NCBI RefSeq assembly: GCF_006345805.1
Contig: NC_043013.1
Location: 49,228,001-49,292,000, forward strand
Reading direction: 5' to 3'
From: Octopus sinensis
Lineage: Eukaryota
Length of the DNA: 64,000 bases
Part shown: positions 63,401 to 64,000 of the stretch, in pieces
Layout of the letters: each line of letters begins with the position of its first letter
Numbering within the stretch: the first letter of the stretch is position 1
Position numbers and translations under genes: made by a program
Notes under the pieces: model-generated
What the model saw: only the letters and a program-made list of their open reading frames with translations
What the model was told of the DNA's origin: nothing
Databases searched by the model: none

Positions 63401-63635
63401 AAGGTGATATTTATACTTTTGTACATTTTTTATTACTTTTATTCGTTTTAGGGTAAAACAAATGAGTTTTGAGATAGTCTATTTAATGTCGATATTACTT
63501 CTTTTCAGGGTACTGTTGAAAACCAACGTGGATTATATATACGTACAGCACAGTTAAAACACAAAGGAAATTATACGTGTCTAATAGAAAGCCCCCTCGC
63601 TACTGACGCAGCTTCAGCTTTTCTAACGGTCAAAG
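24114..63635 (+). CDS. Cont: Contactin-like cell adhesion molecule (N-terminal C-type lectin + Ig1-Ig6), multi-exon; 5' end uncertain, FN3 repeats expected beyond window
   Basis: 13 exons with canonical AG/GT sites and matching phases splice into one open frame; the CTLD + six Ig order matches Drosophila Contactin. Confidence 0.88.
24510..24903 (-). mobile_element. SINE family B
   Basis: Identity to other copies. Confidence 0.88.
25286..25670 (+). mobile_element. SINE family C
   Basis: TSD tggaatgagt. Confidence 0.9.
26037..26267 (+). mobile_element. SINE family A
   Basis: Identity to other copies. Confidence 0.88.
27100..27830 (-). mobile_element. Degraded Dong/R4-type 3' fragment
   Basis: Reverse strand gives CKSFGAARETIDHFISGC and RPEIV-like remnants. 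Confidence 0.55.
28655..28892 (-). mobile_element. SINE family A nested in the Dong element
   Basis: TSD acatttgtag. Confidence 0.88.
29148..29319. repeat. (TAG)n/(TGG)n microsatellite
   Basis: Read directly from the sequence. Confidence 0.95.
32486..33870 (+). mobile_element. Second, 5'-truncated copy of the Dong 3' end with expanded (CATA)n in its 3' UTR
   Basis: Parallels 31745-32480, including the ccttggatctag..agaaatcttgaaataa terminus. Confidence 0.8.
32952..33782. repeat. ~830 bp (CA)n/(CATA)n compound microsatellite
   Basis: Read directly from the sequence. Confidence 0.97.
34019..34445 (+). mobile_element. SINE family B
   Basis: Identity to other copies. Confidence 0.88.
34853..34903 (+). 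ncRNA. Minimal type I hammerhead with G3:C8 core
   Basis: UUUGUCA GUGAACA G GUCGC-GAUCUCAAA-GCGAC GAA AAUAUU U UGACAAA. Confidence 0.65.
34955..35196 (-). mobile_element. SINE family A
   Basis: 18 bp TSD tttgtgtgtttcttaaat. Confidence 0.9.
35377..35606 (+). mobile_element. SINE family A
   Basis: TSD tataaattattaatggaa. Confidence 0.9.
35759..35844 (+). CDS. Contactin exon, CTLD
   Basis: ttcag|GAA...AG|gtaag; ENGAELVRIGNIDEHNFIKSQWEILYTD; phase 0 to 2. Confidence 0.9.
35951..36332 (-). mobile_element. SINE family C
   Basis: TSD gttacttacttt. Confidence 0.9.
36990..37144 (+). CDS. Contactin exon, CTLD
   Basis: gaag|C...G|gttagt; SVSWTGGQRDPIENIIFKWLPGNMRVQDSLDYWLSEDEKTKPGNQLVYKKN; phase 2 to 1; WTGG matches the CTLD WIGL motif. 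Confidence 0.85.
38400..38990 (-). mobile_element. DNA transposase N-terminal remnant, probably Chapaev3 (CMC)
   Basis: FCYVCGSFT..AYKAYFG..WAPRVVCHNC..FGVLMVWQE..ISYPDIP, recalled as the Chapaev3-type zinc-binding N-terminus. Confidence 0.55.
39048..39433 (-). mobile_element. SINE family C
   Basis: TSD gaaattcggttt. Confidence 0.9.
39620..39820 (-). mobile_element. SINE family A
   Basis: TSD ttttgttgtacccttca. Confidence 0.88.
39975..40404 (-). mobile_element. SINE family B
   Basis: Identity to other copies. Confidence 0.88.
40752..41046 (-). mobile_element. SINE with family C head and V-domain-like 3' half
   Basis: Head matches family C through caactttctctcactc, then gatggaccggcgtcccgtccagg. 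Confidence 0.75.
41085..41192 (+). CDS. Contactin exon, end of CTLD
   Basis: ttcag|GT...G|gtaagt; GNDFGWSVAKKNDVHSYICEISQDETYRILEKDTGL; YICE motif; phase 1 to 1. Confidence 0.9.
41384..41799 (+). mobile_element. Merlin-like MITE
   Basis: Same TIRs as 19823; perfect 8 bp TSD acattctg; internal TTAGGG repeats. Confidence 0.88.
42014..42337 (+). CDS. Contactin exon, Ig1
   Basis: ttcag|AT...T|gtaagt; RGP..VVLECLATGNPQVKYKWYK..GRLSITNP..DYRCEASNEFGSI. Confidence 0.95.
42470..43258. mobile_element. Head-to-head pair of family B SINEs (42470-42775 on -, 42817-43258 on +)
   Basis: Tails point outward at both ends. Confidence 0.8.
43703..44130 (+). mobile_element. SINE family B
   Basis: Identity to other copies. 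Confidence 0.88.
44230..44753 (-). mobile_element. Three diverged head-to-tail SINE A copies leading into the array
   Basis: Repeated ggcacaaggcc..tttatcga..gaatttgaactcag blocks. Confidence 0.7.
44754..46855. repeat. Tandem array of ~203 bp SINE A-derived unit, ten full copies plus a partial
   Basis: gaatttgaactcag recurs at 44754, 44957, 45160, 45363, 45566, 45768, 45968, 46171, 46372, 46574, 46777. Confidence 0.95.
47003..47428 (+). mobile_element. SINE family B
   Basis: Identity to other copies. Confidence 0.88.
47509..47604 (+). CDS. Contactin exon, Ig2 N-half
   Basis: tttag|CC...G|gtaata; SLGYFSNIKPEKELATDFNYKILQCPKIQGKP; phase 1 to 1. Confidence 0.85.
47949..48336 (+). mobile_element. 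SINE family C
   Basis: TSD attccttga. Confidence 0.88.
49245..49752 (+). mobile_element. Mariner transposase C-terminal remnant
   Basis: KVMASV..GI..YLEKG..INCEYYANL; EKDESFFSNGIQVLQYPWKKYVDFKGSNVE. Confidence 0.7.
49760..50200 (+). mobile_element. Degraded PLE RT fragment
   Basis: SDIAMGSSDSAQVTNL, DLYR, VNFLNETLDLDSNLYYSYHKPND. Confidence 0.6.
51343..51576 (+). CDS. Contactin exon, Ig2 C-half
   Basis: tttag|GT...T|gtaagt; GLRYQWTK..MFISNNGRLYFSEIGGPDAGKYYCMV. Confidence 0.93.
51774..51888 (+). CDS. Contactin exon, Ig3 N-half
   Basis: aatag|CC...TC|gtgagt; SSKANFGPEILNEFIAVFPSLPMIGDEIRMECFAYGTF; phase 1 to 2. Confidence 0.92.
52535..52725 (+). CDS. Contactin exon, Ig3 C-half
   Basis: tacag|G...T|gttagt; SPFIYKWEKIDG..DLNRVLTIKNAQRQDEGTYNCIV; phase 2 to 1. 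Confidence 0.93.
52893..53345 (+). mobile_element. SINE family B
   Basis: Identity to other copies. Confidence 0.88.
53495..53640 (+). mobile_element. RTE-type LINE RT fragment
   Basis: KLEDLDYADDLALLSHRLQDMQE. Confidence 0.7.
53671..53898 (+). mobile_element. SINE family A
   Basis: TSD ggtattgaggaaac. Confidence 0.9.
54794..55222 (+). mobile_element. Merlin-like MITE
   Basis: Same TIRs; perfect 8 bp TSD caactttt; internal TTAGGG repeats. Confidence 0.88.
55450..55910 (-). mobile_element. Mariner transposase remnant
   Basis: FFDSEGIICIHWISFGETVNKE*FGEVLREFR. Confidence 0.55.
56192..56461 (+). CDS. Contactin exon, Ig4
   Basis: tccag|CA...A|gtaagt; KPYF..FTWRCMAEGRPAVTYSWLK..DNGMYQCTAEN. 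Confidence 0.95.
56757..57050 (+). CDS. Contactin exon, Ig5
   Basis: ttaag|GT...G|gtaaga; FAPKF..LRCHPDAIPKATISW..NGNLFIQDITQSDAGEYKCTATN. Confidence 0.95.
57105..57592 (-). mobile_element. SINE family B
   Basis: Identity to other copies. Confidence 0.88.
57950..58585 (-). mobile_element. Mariner transposase N-terminal remnant
   Basis: GRPH..DHRITIRQL..GSVEKIIHDHMHMRKLFARWIRRMLTPSQKQERV. Confidence 0.8.
58721..58884 (+). CDS. Contactin exon, Ig6 N-half
   Basis: cacag|AA...GAA|gtaagt; VNETAFFYCGASYNPDFEIVYKWYFNG; phase 1 to 0. Confidence 0.93.
59267..62084 (-). mobile_element. hAT (Charlie/Buster-type) DNA transposon, decayed
   Basis: TIRs caggtggttc / gagaaccactg; TSD atctagac; KKSHNIGESLIKP, FAIQCDETTD, CTDGAPAM, LLFHTNIQWLSKG. 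Confidence 0.88.
62200..63330 (-). mobile_element. Degraded PLE RT/thumb fragment
   Basis: GLYRDDAL, YVSKLSNQP..KRISRRI..ALSKAGY, FVWFNIPYNCAISTNI. Confidence 0.7.
63509..63635 (+). CDS. Contactin exon, Ig6 C-half
   Basis: ttcag|GGT...G|gtaaat; GLYIRTAQLKHKGNYTCLIESPLATDAASAFLTVK; phase 0 to 1. Confidence 0.93.
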
Positions 63636-63793
63636 GTAAATCAAAATTTTCAAAAATATAGACGCAAGCGTGGAAGTCTAGTAAGAAGTTTGCTTGCCAT
63701 CCACATGGTTCTGGGTTCAGTGTCTAAAACCTCAAGCCGACCAAAGCCTTGCCTTTGGAATGGATAAGCTAGAGGGAATGTTACAGAAGCCCG

Positions 63794-63903
<110 letters not shown>

Positions 63904-64000
63904 GATTCTACCAACATCCTGTTACTGTCATACTACTCCTGCATTCTTTTATTATTCTTTCTCTTCTTCTTCCTCTTCTTCTTCTCCCTCTTCTTCTTCT

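Overview
AT-rich, repeat-dense animal genomic DNA, most likely an octopus (inferred from the SINE/LINE repertoire and microsatellite density). It holds one host gene on the + strand: an invertebrate-type contactin (C-type lectin domain plus six Ig domains). I reconstructed 13 phase-consistent GT-AG exons from 24114 to 63635, and the gene runs past the window end. The rest is mobile DNA: a nest of Dong/R4-clade non-LTR retrotransposon fragments in (TAA)n arrays (0.3-10.3 kb) plus a long decayed copy (28.3-33.9 kb); a young Penelope-like element (RT + C-terminal GIY-YIG, 10.9-16.55 kb) with about 1 kb inverted arms inside a (TA)n tract; several tRNA-derived SINE families; three Merlin-like MITEs with internal TTAGGG repeats; Helitron/Helentron non-autonomous elements; and hAT, mariner and Chapaev-like remnants. 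The most unusual signals are (i) several minimal hammerhead-ribozyme folds with non-canonical cores, including a compensatory G3:C8 core in a ~400 bp palindromic element, and (ii) a 203-bp tandem array built from a SINE inside a contactin intron. All calls were made by eye; no searches were run.
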